Source: Leptonemataceae bacterium (lineage in GTDB: Bacteria; Spirochaetota; Leptospiria; Leptospirales; Leptonemataceae). Taken from it: a DNA stretch of 64,000 nt. A program made the translations under genes and the position numbers. Positions 1 to 9,539 of this stretch are shown here, piece by piece (positions within the stretch are counted from its first letter, which is position 1; each line of letters begins with the position of its first letter). Below the pieces are notes generated by a model that did no database searches, was not told the origin of the DNA, and saw nothing but the letters and a program-made list of their open reading frames with translations. The DNA is taken from assembly GCA_965227295.1 (NCBI GenBank), contig OZ245742.1:1216001-1280000 (forward strand). The letters run 5' to 3'.

Positions 1-216
1 TATGCGATGAACGACGCTCTGGTCTTCGGCCGCGAAACCGACGGCCTGCCGGAAGAAGTGCGTGCGTCGATCGAAGCGAAGCATCCGGAGCGCGTGCTCA
101 GGATTCCGGTGGGGGCGGAATGTCGTTCGCTAAACCTGGCGAACACCGCGGCGCTGGTGTTGTACGAGGCGCTACGGCAGCAGGGTTATCCGGGATTGGA
201 GCGGGGCTTTGAGTAA
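1..216 (+). CDS. trmL: tRNA (cytidine(34)-2'-O)-methyltransferase, SpoU family; 5'-truncated by window edge
   Basis: LVFGRETDGLP and RSLNLANTAALVLYEALRQ SPOUT motifs; frame open from position 1. Confidence 0.85.
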   Translation, partial: YAMNDALVFGRETDGLPEEVRASIEAKHPERVLRIPVGAECRSLNLANTAALVLYEALRQQGYPGLERGFE

Positions 217-218
217 AC

Positions 219-1124
219 TCAGTGCCCTTTTTCCAGGTCCCCGGCGCGACGCTGCAACATATCCAGGCTGTGCTGCACTTCTTCGAGCTGGTGCTTCAAC
301 TTCTTAAAGTCGTCCCCGATGCTCGGCATGCCTTCTTCGGCCATGTGCATCTTGCGCAGCTCTTCTTCCTGTTCAGCCTGAGCCTCGTCCATGCCGTTTA
401 AGATCACACCGACAAACAGGTTCAGGAAGATCATGGTGCCGAGCAATACGAACGAAACGAAGTACGCCGCGCCGATGACGGGCATGGCCTGGGAGTTCGT
501 GCACAGCGCCTCGGACTGCCCCCCGACGTAACCGTAGTTCGCGCATCCGTACATCTGGATGTACATGAGGTCGGTCCAGTCTTCCAGCGTGACCGCGCGG
601 AAGAGCGAGAGCATGGACAGCGGCAGATCGGCGAAATGCACCGGATCGTTTTCGCGGAAGAGGAACGTGCCGGCCACGGCGTAGATGTAGAACATCAAAA
701 AGAGCAGCACCGCCACGTAGCCCATCGACGGAATCGACTTGATGAGCGCGCCGACGAGGATTTGCAGGCGTGGTACCGCGCGCACGAGCCGCAATACCCG
801 CAGCAAACGCGCGAGGCGCAGCACGGTCACGTACTGGGTATCGATGGGCATCAGCGCCGCGGCGACGATGATGAAGTCGAAGACGTTCCAGGGGTCCTTG
901 AAGTAGTCCCAGGGGCGCGGCCACTCGGCGCCCATCTTGAGCACCACTTCCGCGATAAAAATGATCAGAATGATCTGATTCAACAGGTGCAGCGGTTCTC
1001 CGTAAGCCGCGACGACGGACGGATACGTTTCGAAACCGATGACCACGGCGGCCAGGAGAATTACGAACGTGATGAAGTTCTGAAACCAGTTCGATCGCGT
1101 GATCGTTTGCAACAGACTGACCAT
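219..1124 (-). CDS. 6-TM voltage-gated cation channel (bacterial Nav / ancestor-like Nav type)
   Basis: WNVFDFIIV (S3), S4 LRLARLLRVLRLVR, pore filter TLEDWTD, S6 FLNLFVGVI, C-terminal coiled coil. Confidence 0.92.
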   Translation of the reverse strand: MVSLLQTITRSNWFQNFITFVILLAAVVIGFETYPSVVAAYGEPLHLLNQIILIIFIAEVVLKMGAEWPRPWDYFKDPWNVFDFIIVAAALMPIDTQYVTVLRLARLLRVLRLVRAVPRLQILVGALIKSIPSMGYVAVLLFLMFYIYAVAGTFLFRENDPVHFADLPLSMLSLFRAVTLEDWTDLMYIQMYGCANYGYVGGQSEALCTNSQAMPVIGAAYFVSFVLLGTMIFLNLFVGVILNGMDEAQAEQEEELRKMHMAEEGMPSIGDDFKKLKHQLEEVQHSLDMLQRRAGDLEKGH

Positions 1125-1172
1125 AAGACTCCCGCCTTGTGTGATGATTGCTAACTGTTACTTGTCGCTGAT

Positions 1173-2372
<1,200 letters not shown>

Positions 2373-2400
2373 GAAAAAAGACTACCAGCCCACCCGCGAA

Positions 2401-3558
2401 TCAGTACGCGGCAATCAGGATCGTCTCGATCTCGTTACGGTCCAGCTCCCGCGGTGAGTTGCTGATGTACGGAATCGACACGGCCTGGCCCGCGATGTCC
2501 GGCAGGTCGGTCTTGGAGATCTCGAACTCCGAGAGCCGCTGGGGAATCTTCAGTTCCAGGTAAATCTTTCGCACGCCCTCCACGGCCTTGATGGCCGCCT
2601 CGATGACCGTAATGTCTTTGATGTCTTCGTCCAGCGCCCGGGCGATCTGCACGTACTTGCCGGCGGACGTCGTAAGGTTGTACTCCATGATGTGCGGGAG
2701 CAGGATCGCCATGGCCATGAAGAAATCGATGTTCGTAAGGTTGGCCGTGGCCGCGGCGATGGCGTAGCCGAGGCCGAGCAGGGAATTCGAATGCGCCATG
2801 CCGCAGAGCATCGAGGCCATGGCCACATTCATGCGTGCGGCGTTGTTTGACGGTTCGTTGGCCAGCGTGGTCAGGTTGCGGGTGATGAGTTCCAGGGAGC
2901 GCAGCGCGATGGAGTTCGTGATCTCGTTGGACTTTTTCGAAAGAATCGTTTCCACCGCGGCCGACATAACGGCGATGCCCGCGCGCGACAAATCGCCGGT
3001 GGTCATGCCGGTGCTGATGTTCGGATCGATGAAGATCATCGCCGGGAAGAGCCGCGTGTCGTAGCCGTGGAACGCGGACCGGGTGTCCTTGTTGTAGATG
3101 CTGAAGCCCGGCGTGGACTCCTCGCCCATGGACGGACCGACGGGTACGTTAATGACCGGGTGCGGCGGTTTCTTCAGCGGCATGGTGGATTCGTTGAGAT
3201 CGCCCGCGAAAAGATCGTTGGTGCTCAGGAGCGAGATGGCCCGGGCCGCATGGAACGTGGTGCGTGAGCCGAAGGCCAGGATGACGTCGGCGTTGCACTG
3301 CTTCGCGAAGTAGGCGGCGGTATCCAGTTCTTCGAGGCCGGGTTTTTCGAGCATATCGTCGTAGACGATGGCACCGGTGGTGTGTTTTTCGAGACTGGTC
3401 TTAATGACGGCGAGTTCGTCGGGATTGGAGAGGTCTTCCTGGACGGCGAGCACGAGCACGCGGTTGCCGATGTCCCGCACCATCGTGCCGATCTTATGAG
3501 TGGCGTCGCGTTCGAAGTAGACGCGCGAGGGAAACTGATAGTGTACCCAATCGAACAT
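2401..3558 (-). CDS. iron-containing alcohol dehydrogenase-fold protein, metal ligands apparently lost
   Basis: Fe-ADH layout (IFIDP, ARMNVAMASMLCGMA, AILLPHIMEYN, IPQRLSEF, NSPRE) but GGGS and D/H/H/H positions substituted. Confidence 0.8.
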   Translation of the reverse strand: MFDWVHYQFPSRVYFERDATHKIGTMVRDIGNRVLVLAVQEDLSNPDELAVIKTSLEKHTTGAIVYDDMLEKPGLEELDTAAYFAKQCNADVILAFGSRTTFHAARAISLLSTNDLFAGDLNESTMPLKKPPHPVINVPVGPSMGEESTPGFSIYNKDTRSAFHGYDTRLFPAMIFIDPNISTGMTTGDLSRAGIAVMSAAVETILSKKSNEITNSIALRSLELITRNLTTLANEPSNNAARMNVAMASMLCGMAHSNSLLGLGYAIAAATANLTNIDFFMAMAILLPHIMEYNLTTSAGKYVQIARALDEDIKDITVIEAAIKAVEGVRKIYLELKIPQRLSEFEISKTDLPDIAGQAVSIPYISNSPRELDRNEIETILIAAY

Positions 3559-3578
3559 GTTGATATGCGGAGTCGCCC

Positions 3579-4385
3579 GTGAGCGAGGCCCCGATCCTCT
3601 CTTCGCGTTCCAATCCGCGGTACCGGCTGTATCGCGGACTCTTTGAGTCGCGCAATATCAAGAAGCACGGCCTGACCCTGGTGGGCGGTCGCCGCCTGGT
3701 GCAGGAGTTCCTACACGATTTCCCCGACCGCGTGGACGCAATACTATTGTCGGCCGGGGACGCTGCTCCGGAGAGCACGGGAAATGCAGCGATGGTCCGC
3801 TTTGCGCCGGAGCTGTTCGCCGAAATCGATCAACAGGGCACCGGATCGCCGTTGCTGGCCGTCCGGGTGCCCGAGCTGCCGGAGTTTACCAGGCCGGGTG
3901 CCGGGCTCACGGTGTATCTACCGCTTTCGGATCCGGAGAATCTGGGGGCGGCGCTGCGCACATCGGCGGCCTTCGGTGCGCAGGCGGTCGTATTGCTGAA
4001 AGAAGCGGCGCATCCGTTTCATCCGCGGGCCATCCGGGCGGCGGCGGGGGAGGCGTTTCATTTGCAGATGTTCCGTGGCCCTTCGATCGAAGCGTTGCAG
4101 GATGATGGGACGGTCCTGCTCTTCGCCCTGGATGCCGGGCCGGGGGCGGTGGATGTAGCAGCGGCGGAGTTCCCGCCGGACTTCGGCTTATTGGTCGGAG
4201 AGGAGGGCCGCGGCGTGCCGGAATCGCTGAACGTACGGCGCCTGGCGATTGCGCTGGCGGACGAGCGCGTGGAGTCGCTCAATGCTGCGGTGGCTTTCGG
4301 AATTGCAATGTACGCGATTTCACGCCGGCGTCCTATCGCCGTAAAATATAATCCTCCCCACCACCGGGATCACTCACGCGAATGA
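3579..4385 (+). CDS. TrmH/SpoU-family RNA methyltransferase
   Basis: DPENLGAALRT, VGEEGRG, VESLNAAVA. Confidence 0.9.
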   Translation: MSEAPILSSRSNPRYRLYRGLFESRNIKKHGLTLVGGRRLVQEFLHDFPDRVDAILLSAGDAAPESTGNAAMVRFAPELFAEIDQQGTGSPLLAVRVPELPEFTRPGAGLTVYLPLSDPENLGAALRTSAAFGAQAVVLLKEAAHPFHPRAIRAAAGEAFHLQMFRGPSIEALQDDGTVLLFALDAGPGAVDVAAAEFPPDFGLLVGEEGRGVPESLNVRRLAIALADERVESLNAAVAFGIAMYAISRRRPIAVKYNPPHHRDHSRE

Positions 4386-5430
4386 ACAACCGCCGCTGCA
4401 CGTCGACGCCCAGCAGCACCTGGTAGACGTCCGTCAACACGGCACGGCCCGAGTAATAACCGTGTCCCAGACCGACGGAGTCGATCTCGTTGACGTTGAT
4501 GACGTCGATGCCCGGCGTTTTCGCGCACTGCCCCACTCGATGATTGCCGTTGAACTGCTGCGACGACACGAGGGCGTTATCGCCGGGGGAACAATAAAGG
4601 GTTACGCGGCGCGCGGAGCGACTGAGATTCGGCGCCAGCTTGCGGAACTCGTCGGTGGGAAAGTCCGGCGCGTTCAGGATGAGTTCGCCGAGAAATTTCT
4701 GTTTGCCCGGCGCTGCAAGCTTCGCCACGGCGGGCAGCACGATCTGATGGCCCATGCTGTGAACGTAGACATGTACGGTCTTGCCGGTGCCGGCGAGTTG
4801 TTCCAGGAATTCGGCGAACGGCTCCACGGTGCGCGCGGCGGCTGCCTTGTTGATGGCGTATGTGCGGTTCATGAGGAGCTGGTTGACCAGGCCGTCACTG
4901 GCTCCGGCCGGCCAGGTGAAGACGACGGGAGTACCGGGGAACTTCGCATCGTAGGTGAGCTGGGCAGTGCGCAGGACAGCCTCCTCGTAGCGCACGTTGA
5001 AGCCGTGTACAAATAGAAGAATCTCCTTGTCCTGGCTGGTTGCCAGGCGTTGGAAGAACGTGGGGCCGGGCAGTTCGTCGTGAGCGCCGAGTTTGAAGTA
5101 GTCGTTAGGGTCGGCGTAGCGAGCGTCGGTGCGGTCGACACTGCCGACGGCGTGTTTCTTCGGGACGTTGATGCTGCACGTACCGTAGCTTACCTGCGCG
5201 GTGCCGTTTGTACTGAAGTAGTGGTTCGAGCACGCCGGAGAAGCCGCGGGATTGGGCCGGCGGTTGGTGGCGAAGAGGACGTCGATCAGCGCGGAGGCGT
5301 CGTAGGGTCGACTGATGTGCCGGTTCAGGAGTTCGCCGGGTTCCGGCGTGGACAGCAGACTGGCGCAGGCAGGGAACAGGGCGACGAGACTGAGGATCAG
5401 CGGAATCGGCGATAAACGGGACGGCTGCAT
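4333..5430 (-). CDS. DUF900-like alpha/beta hydrolase, probable lipoprotein
   Basis: FATNR, LLFVHGFN, FTWPA, HSMG nucleophile, APD, GHGYY; lipobox-like LFPAC; start placed at MQPSRL. Confidence 0.85.
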   Translation of the reverse strand: MQPSRLSPIPLILSLVALFPACASLLSTPEPGELLNRHISRPYDASALIDVLFATNRRPNPAASPACSNHYFSTNGTAQVSYGTCSINVPKKHAVGSVDRTDARYADPNDYFKLGAHDELPGPTFFQRLATSQDKEILLFVHGFNVRYEEAVLRTAQLTYDAKFPGTPVVFTWPAGASDGLVNQLLMNRTYAINKAAAARTVEPFAEFLEQLAGTGKTVHVYVHSMGHQIVLPAVAKLAAPGKQKFLGELILNAPDFPTDEFRKLAPNLSRSARRVTLYCSPGDNALVSSQQFNGNHRVGQCAKTPGIDVINVNEIDSVGLGHGYYSGRAVLTDVYQVLLGVDVQRRLFIRVSDPGGGEDYILRR

Positions 5431-5563
5431 ACTCCCTGATGAGGCCTTATGTCGCAAAAACCAGAATTTTTTTTCGTTTTTGTACGGTCCGGTCGCCCGG
5501 GTGCCGGATTTTTTCTTTTTTGCGGCGATAGCCCGGGAATGATCAATCGTACGGAAAGAGGGA

Positions 5564-5650
5564 TCAAGCTTCCCCTGCAATGATTCGATAATGAGAAGGG
5601 GGCAAGCTATGTCCGTATTGCCCCGTCGCGACGGACAGAGAGGACTCGCA
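5564..5650 (+). promoter_or_regulatory. candidate sigma28-like promoter and structured leader
   Basis: TCAA-N16-TTCGATAA (5564-5591); stem GGGGCAA/TTGCCCC whose loop TGTCCGT is complementary to ACGGACA next to RBS GAGAGGA. Confidence 0.35.
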
Positions 5651-6622
5651 ATGAATCGTAAGTATTTTATCATCGCATGTTTGACGCTGGTTTTCGGAGC
5701 GTTCTCCATGCTGGTCGGCCAGGATATCCAGGAAGGTCCGGCCGGCGGCGATCAGCAGGAAGACGCAGGCGACACGGCCGATCTCAAGCCGGCCCCCGAG
5801 GGCGGCTATCGTCAGAACAATTACGACCCGCTGGCCCTCATCGACCCGCGGTTTACGGTGAGCCACTTCAACCTGGACCGGCGTTTTTCCGGCAACGGTC
5901 GCGGTGAGTTCCTGGACGTCGTCTTCGACCTCAACAACAGCACCAGCAAACCGGTGCGGCTCTACGTCTGGGTCGTGGCGTTTTACGAAACCGACGCCGT
6001 CAACGAGCGCAAGCGTAACTGGGTTCCGTACCCGGGCTGGCGCGACCGCGACTACCCGGCCGAGGAAAACCTGGTGCATCACATTACGATCACGCCCCAG
6101 GACATTCCGGATGAGATCGTGTGGAACGTGGACGATCCGGACTGGCACAAGCAGACGACGATCATTGAACGCATGCGTAACGGCCTGGCCGGTGACGTTC
6201 CGTACCCGGACGTACATCCGCCGTTCTGGAAATATCTTCAGTTCATTATCATGAATCCGACGAAGGGCCTGGAGTTCACACTCTACGGCGACACGAGCCC
6301 GACTCCGGATAAGATCGTGCAGTCCAACTTCCCGCAACCCACGCCGGAAGAGATCAAGATCGGCCTGCACAAGAACTTGTTCAAACACAAGTATACGCTG
6401 CAACACACACGTCGCAAAACGATTTTCCGGTCGCATCACTACTCCGGCTTTCGCGCGGATTACAAGTTCTTCAATCGTGTGGCGATTCTGGTGTTCGACG
6501 CCGACCGCGCCGACGCCTTTGAAGCCCAGGCCTCGGAAGGCATCGGCGAGGGTGATCAGCCGATTGAAGCCCTCGTGTACAAAAAGGTCTTCGCGTTCGA
6601 AAAACCTCTGAAGAATAACTAA
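5651..6622 (+). CDS. hypothetical exported protein
   Basis: RBS before ATG 5651; signal peptide MNRKYFIIACLTLVFGAFS; acidic linker then beta-rich domain. Confidence 0.8.
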   Translation: MNRKYFIIACLTLVFGAFSMLVGQDIQEGPAGGDQQEDAGDTADLKPAPEGGYRQNNYDPLALIDPRFTVSHFNLDRRFSGNGRGEFLDVVFDLNNSTSKPVRLYVWVVAFYETDAVNERKRNWVPYPGWRDRDYPAEENLVHHITITPQDIPDEIVWNVDDPDWHKQTTIIERMRNGLAGDVPYPDVHPPFWKYLQFIIMNPTKGLEFTLYGDTSPTPDKIVQSNFPQPTPEEIKIGLHKNLFKHKYTLQHTRRKTIFRSHHYSGFRADYKFFNRVAILVFDADRADAFEAQASEGIGEGDQPIEALVYKKVFAFEKPLKNN

Positions 6623-6636
6623 TGGCGCCGGCGGAG

Positions 6637-7101
6637 TCAGCTCGCGTCTCTGTTTTTCGGTTCCGGTTTTTGTTTCTGTCGCGACTTGCGGCGTTTTGAT
6701 TTCTGGCCCAGCGTCGGGATTTTCGATAACGCTTCGGTAAGGCTCGGCTTCGGCGTGTGGGCCGCAGGTATGGGCACGGGCATGCCGCGGGCCGGGCCGT
6801 GTTCGCTGCGGAAGACCAGGCCCGGCTGCTCGCCCGCCGCCGATGCAGCCGTGTTTTTTTTCACGTTCACCCGGGCCCGGCGTATTTTTCGATACTGGCC
6901 GAGATCGTACTCCTGTTCCAGCCGCAAGCGCAGAGCCTCGCAGATGCGTTCGATTTGCTCTCGATGCTGGATGCGGCCGATCACATCGAAACCGCCGGCG
7001 GCGTCCAGGCGGTAGTACGCCGTATCCGGTGTGCCCAGGTCCCGCCAGCGTTCCCCGGGCGCCCCGGGCGTGAGATGATCCGTTGCGTGCGTTTTCTTCA
7101 T
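6637..7101 (-). CDS. hypothetical basic protein
   Basis: fills gap between flanking genes; TAAACT -10-like box upstream; no family recognised. Confidence 0.5.
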   Translation of the reverse strand: MKKTHATDHLTPGAPGERWRDLGTPDTAYYRLDAAGGFDVIGRIQHREQIERICEALRLRLEQEYDLGQYRKIRRARVNVKKNTAASAAGEQPGLVFRSEHGPARGMPVPIPAAHTPKPSLTEALSKIPTLGQKSKRRKSRQKQKPEPKNRDAS

Positions 7102-7234
7102 AACGCGGCCAGTTTAGCACGGGGGTGTGACATTTTTCGGCGGCCCGAGGCTGCTTTTTGTTCGGGAATTGTTAGAAGCGTCGTTCTGTGCGAAAATCAG
7201 TTGCCGCCCGGCTCGTGACCGGAATTCTGCATGC

Positions 7235-8743
7235 GTGACTCCGTTCCTGAGTTCACAGAAGGACTCGGTAAAAGAACTGAATCGGATCTTCGCGGGGGAG
7301 GCGGTTTGCTTTCGTTTTCCCGGCCTTACCGATGCGCGCTTCAGTTTTATCTCCGGTTTCGTCTATCGATTGCTGGGCCACTACGATCTTGCGTACCTCA
7401 GCGAGATGGTGCTCGTCCTTTTAAAGGAAATCATCTCTAACGCTTCCAAGGCGAACGCGAAGCGAATCTTCTTCAACAGCCGGAACGTTGACGCCGCGGA
7501 CGCCGCAACCTACGATAAAGCCATTCGCAGCTTTTCCCAGGAAGTCCTGCGCGATTGGGACGAGTTCCTCAAAGATAATCAGACCTCGGATTATTACATC
7601 GAAGTCGAGATTGCCGAGGAAGGTCCTGAGCTTGTTTTTCGTATTCGTAACAACGTCGAGATCCTGCCCCGGGAATGGGAGCGCATCCGTTCGAAGTTCG
7701 AATCGTTCAAGAAATTCAAAGACATCAACACGGCCTTCACCGAAATCCGTGATGAGAGCGAGGGCGCCGGCCTGGGCATATTCTTGATCTTGAGCCTCCT
7801 GGAAAACGTGCGGGTCTCCGCGGATAACTATCGCATTGAGTCGAAGGACGGCGTGACCATGAACGAGGTGCGTATCCCGCGTGCGCTTTCGTCCACGGCC
7901 TTCCAGGGGGATTTCTACAAGAAGGTTGTCAAAGAAATCGAAGACTTACCGTCGTTCCCGGAGAATATTACACAGCTCCTGGATCTCTGCGACTCGGACA
8001 ACGCCTCGGTGTCCGTCATTGCCGCGCAGATCAGCAAGGACCCGTCGCTCACCGCCCAGATTCTTAAGCTGGTCAATTCTGCCGGTTACATGAACCGTTT
8101 TCGGAATCCCGGCCTCGAAGATGCCGTAAAAATCATCGGGCTAAAAGTTATTAGAAACCTGTTAATGGTCAGCGGGGCGCGGAACGTTATCCATCGTCGC
8201 TATCGCATTCGCGATCTGGAGCAGATCTGGGAGGATGCAAACCGTGTTTCGTTTTATGCGCGGCGCCTCGCAAAGGATCGCGGCGGGGCTCAGCTCGCGG
8301 AGCAGGTCACCGTGGCCGGGCTGTTATTCGAGCTGGGCAAAATCGTCATGCTGTCGTTGCGGCCGGAAATCGTGCGCAGCATTCAGAAGCTCGTCGGCGC
8401 GAAGCGCGTGCGCAACTCCGCGGCCCTGGAAGAGACGATGCTGGGCATTTCGCATCCGGCCATCGGCGCGTTTATGGCCGGACACTGGAATTTTCCGGAG
8501 CCCCTCGTCGCCGCTATTCGCTACCAGCAAATGCCGCTCCTGGCCCCGGAGGAACACGCCGATCCCGTGCGCGTCATCTACGTGGCCGCGGGTCTGCACC
8601 AGGCCGCCGCCGACCAACTGGACTACTGGAGCATGGAACCCGAGGTCATTGCGGAGTTCGGCATTCATACCGAAGAGCAGTTCCTGACGCGGATGAAACA
8701 GTTCGCCGCGGACTACGAAAGCTCGTCCGGCGAGGTGATCTAG
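7235..8743 (+). CDS. HATPase-like domain fused to HDOD domain (signalling protein)
   Basis: LKEIISNASKANAK and EGAGLG; HDOD LPSFPE, DPSLTAQILKLVNSA, SHPAIGAFMAGHWNFP; GTG start uncertain. Confidence 0.85.
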   Translation: MTPFLSSQKDSVKELNRIFAGEAVCFRFPGLTDARFSFISGFVYRLLGHYDLAYLSEMVLVLLKEIISNASKANAKRIFFNSRNVDAADAATYDKAIRSFSQEVLRDWDEFLKDNQTSDYYIEVEIAEEGPELVFRIRNNVEILPREWERIRSKFESFKKFKDINTAFTEIRDESEGAGLGIFLILSLLENVRVSADNYRIESKDGVTMNEVRIPRALSSTAFQGDFYKKVVKEIEDLPSFPENITQLLDLCDSDNASVSVIAAQISKDPSLTAQILKLVNSAGYMNRFRNPGLEDAVKIIGLKVIRNLLMVSGARNVIHRRYRIRDLEQIWEDANRVSFYARRLAKDRGGAQLAEQVTVAGLLFELGKIVMLSLRPEIVRSIQKLVGAKRVRNSAALEETMLGISHPAIGAFMAGHWNFPEPLVAAIRYQQMPLLAPEEHADPVRVIYVAAGLHQAAADQLDYWSMEPEVIAEFGIHTEEQFLTRMKQFAADYESSSGEVI

Positions 8744-8761
8744 ATTTCGTACACTGTACGT

Positions 8762-9538
8762 TTGGAAGATCTCGTCTTTGTCCGCGACGGGGAGCAAATC
8801 CTGCGCGGGCTCTCCTGGGAGGGACGTCGGGACGAGCATTGGGTCATTCTCGGCCCGAACGGTTCCGGCAAGTCCACGGTGGCTGCCATGATCTGCGGTT
8901 ACGAATGGCCCACGCGGGGGCGTGTCAGTGTTCTCGGCGAGACCTACGGCAACGTCGATCTGCGCAAGATGCGCGAACGCATCGGTTTTTTTCAGCCGGC
9001 GCTTCAGGCTCAACTGGACGTCTTTCATCCCGGGGCCACGGCACTCGATGTCGTGCTGACCGGCTACGACGGCAGCCTCGCCCGCTACCGGGACTACCCG
9101 CCCGGAGTAGAGGAGCGGGCCCGGGCACTCTTCGCGGCGCACTTTGACACGCAGTCTTTTGCTCCGGAGCGGGAGTTTCGCAAATTGTCCAGCGGGGAAC
9201 GGCGCAAGGTGTTGTTGCTGCGTTTGTTCTTAAGTGATCCGGAGTTGATCTTACTGGATGAACCTTACGAATCCCTGGATATCCCGTCGCGGGCCGCGCT
9301 GGAGCGCATGCTGAACACACACGTTCGTGCTTACGGCGTGCCGGTGCTTACGATTCTGCATCGCATTGAAGAGATTCCCGTTTTTGCGACGCACGTCGCC
9401 ATGATCAAGGACGGAGCGGTTGCCGCGGCCGGTGAGATTGAAAGTACGCTGACGGCCGAAAAGTTGTCGGCACTCTATGACGTTCCGTTGAAACTCGGTC
9501 GCGACGCCGGCCGGTACTACTGCGTCGTGCTCTCGTAA
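8762..9538 (+). CDS. ABC ATPase (ModF/YlmA-like)
   Basis: GPNGSGKST, LSSGERRK, LILLDEP, H-loop HRIEEI. Confidence 0.9.
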   Translation: MEDLVFVRDGEQILRGLSWEGRRDEHWVILGPNGSGKSTVAAMICGYEWPTRGRVSVLGETYGNVDLRKMRERIGFFQPALQAQLDVFHPGATALDVVLTGYDGSLARYRDYPPGVEERARALFAAHFDTQSFAPEREFRKLSSGERRKVLLLRLFLSDPELILLDEPYESLDIPSRAALERMLNTHVRAYGVPVLTILHRIEEIPVFATHVAMIKDGAVAAAGEIESTLTAEKLSALYDVPLKLGRDAGRYYCVVLS

Positions 9539-9539
9539 T

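Noticed and set aside
5564-7120. Long antisense or alternate-frame ORFs (518 aa here; also 14324-16360, 20765-22012, 38254-39405, 25547-26593)
   Set aside because: Shadows of real genes expected at high GC; no recognisable motifs and low-complexity Arg/Gly/Val-rich composition
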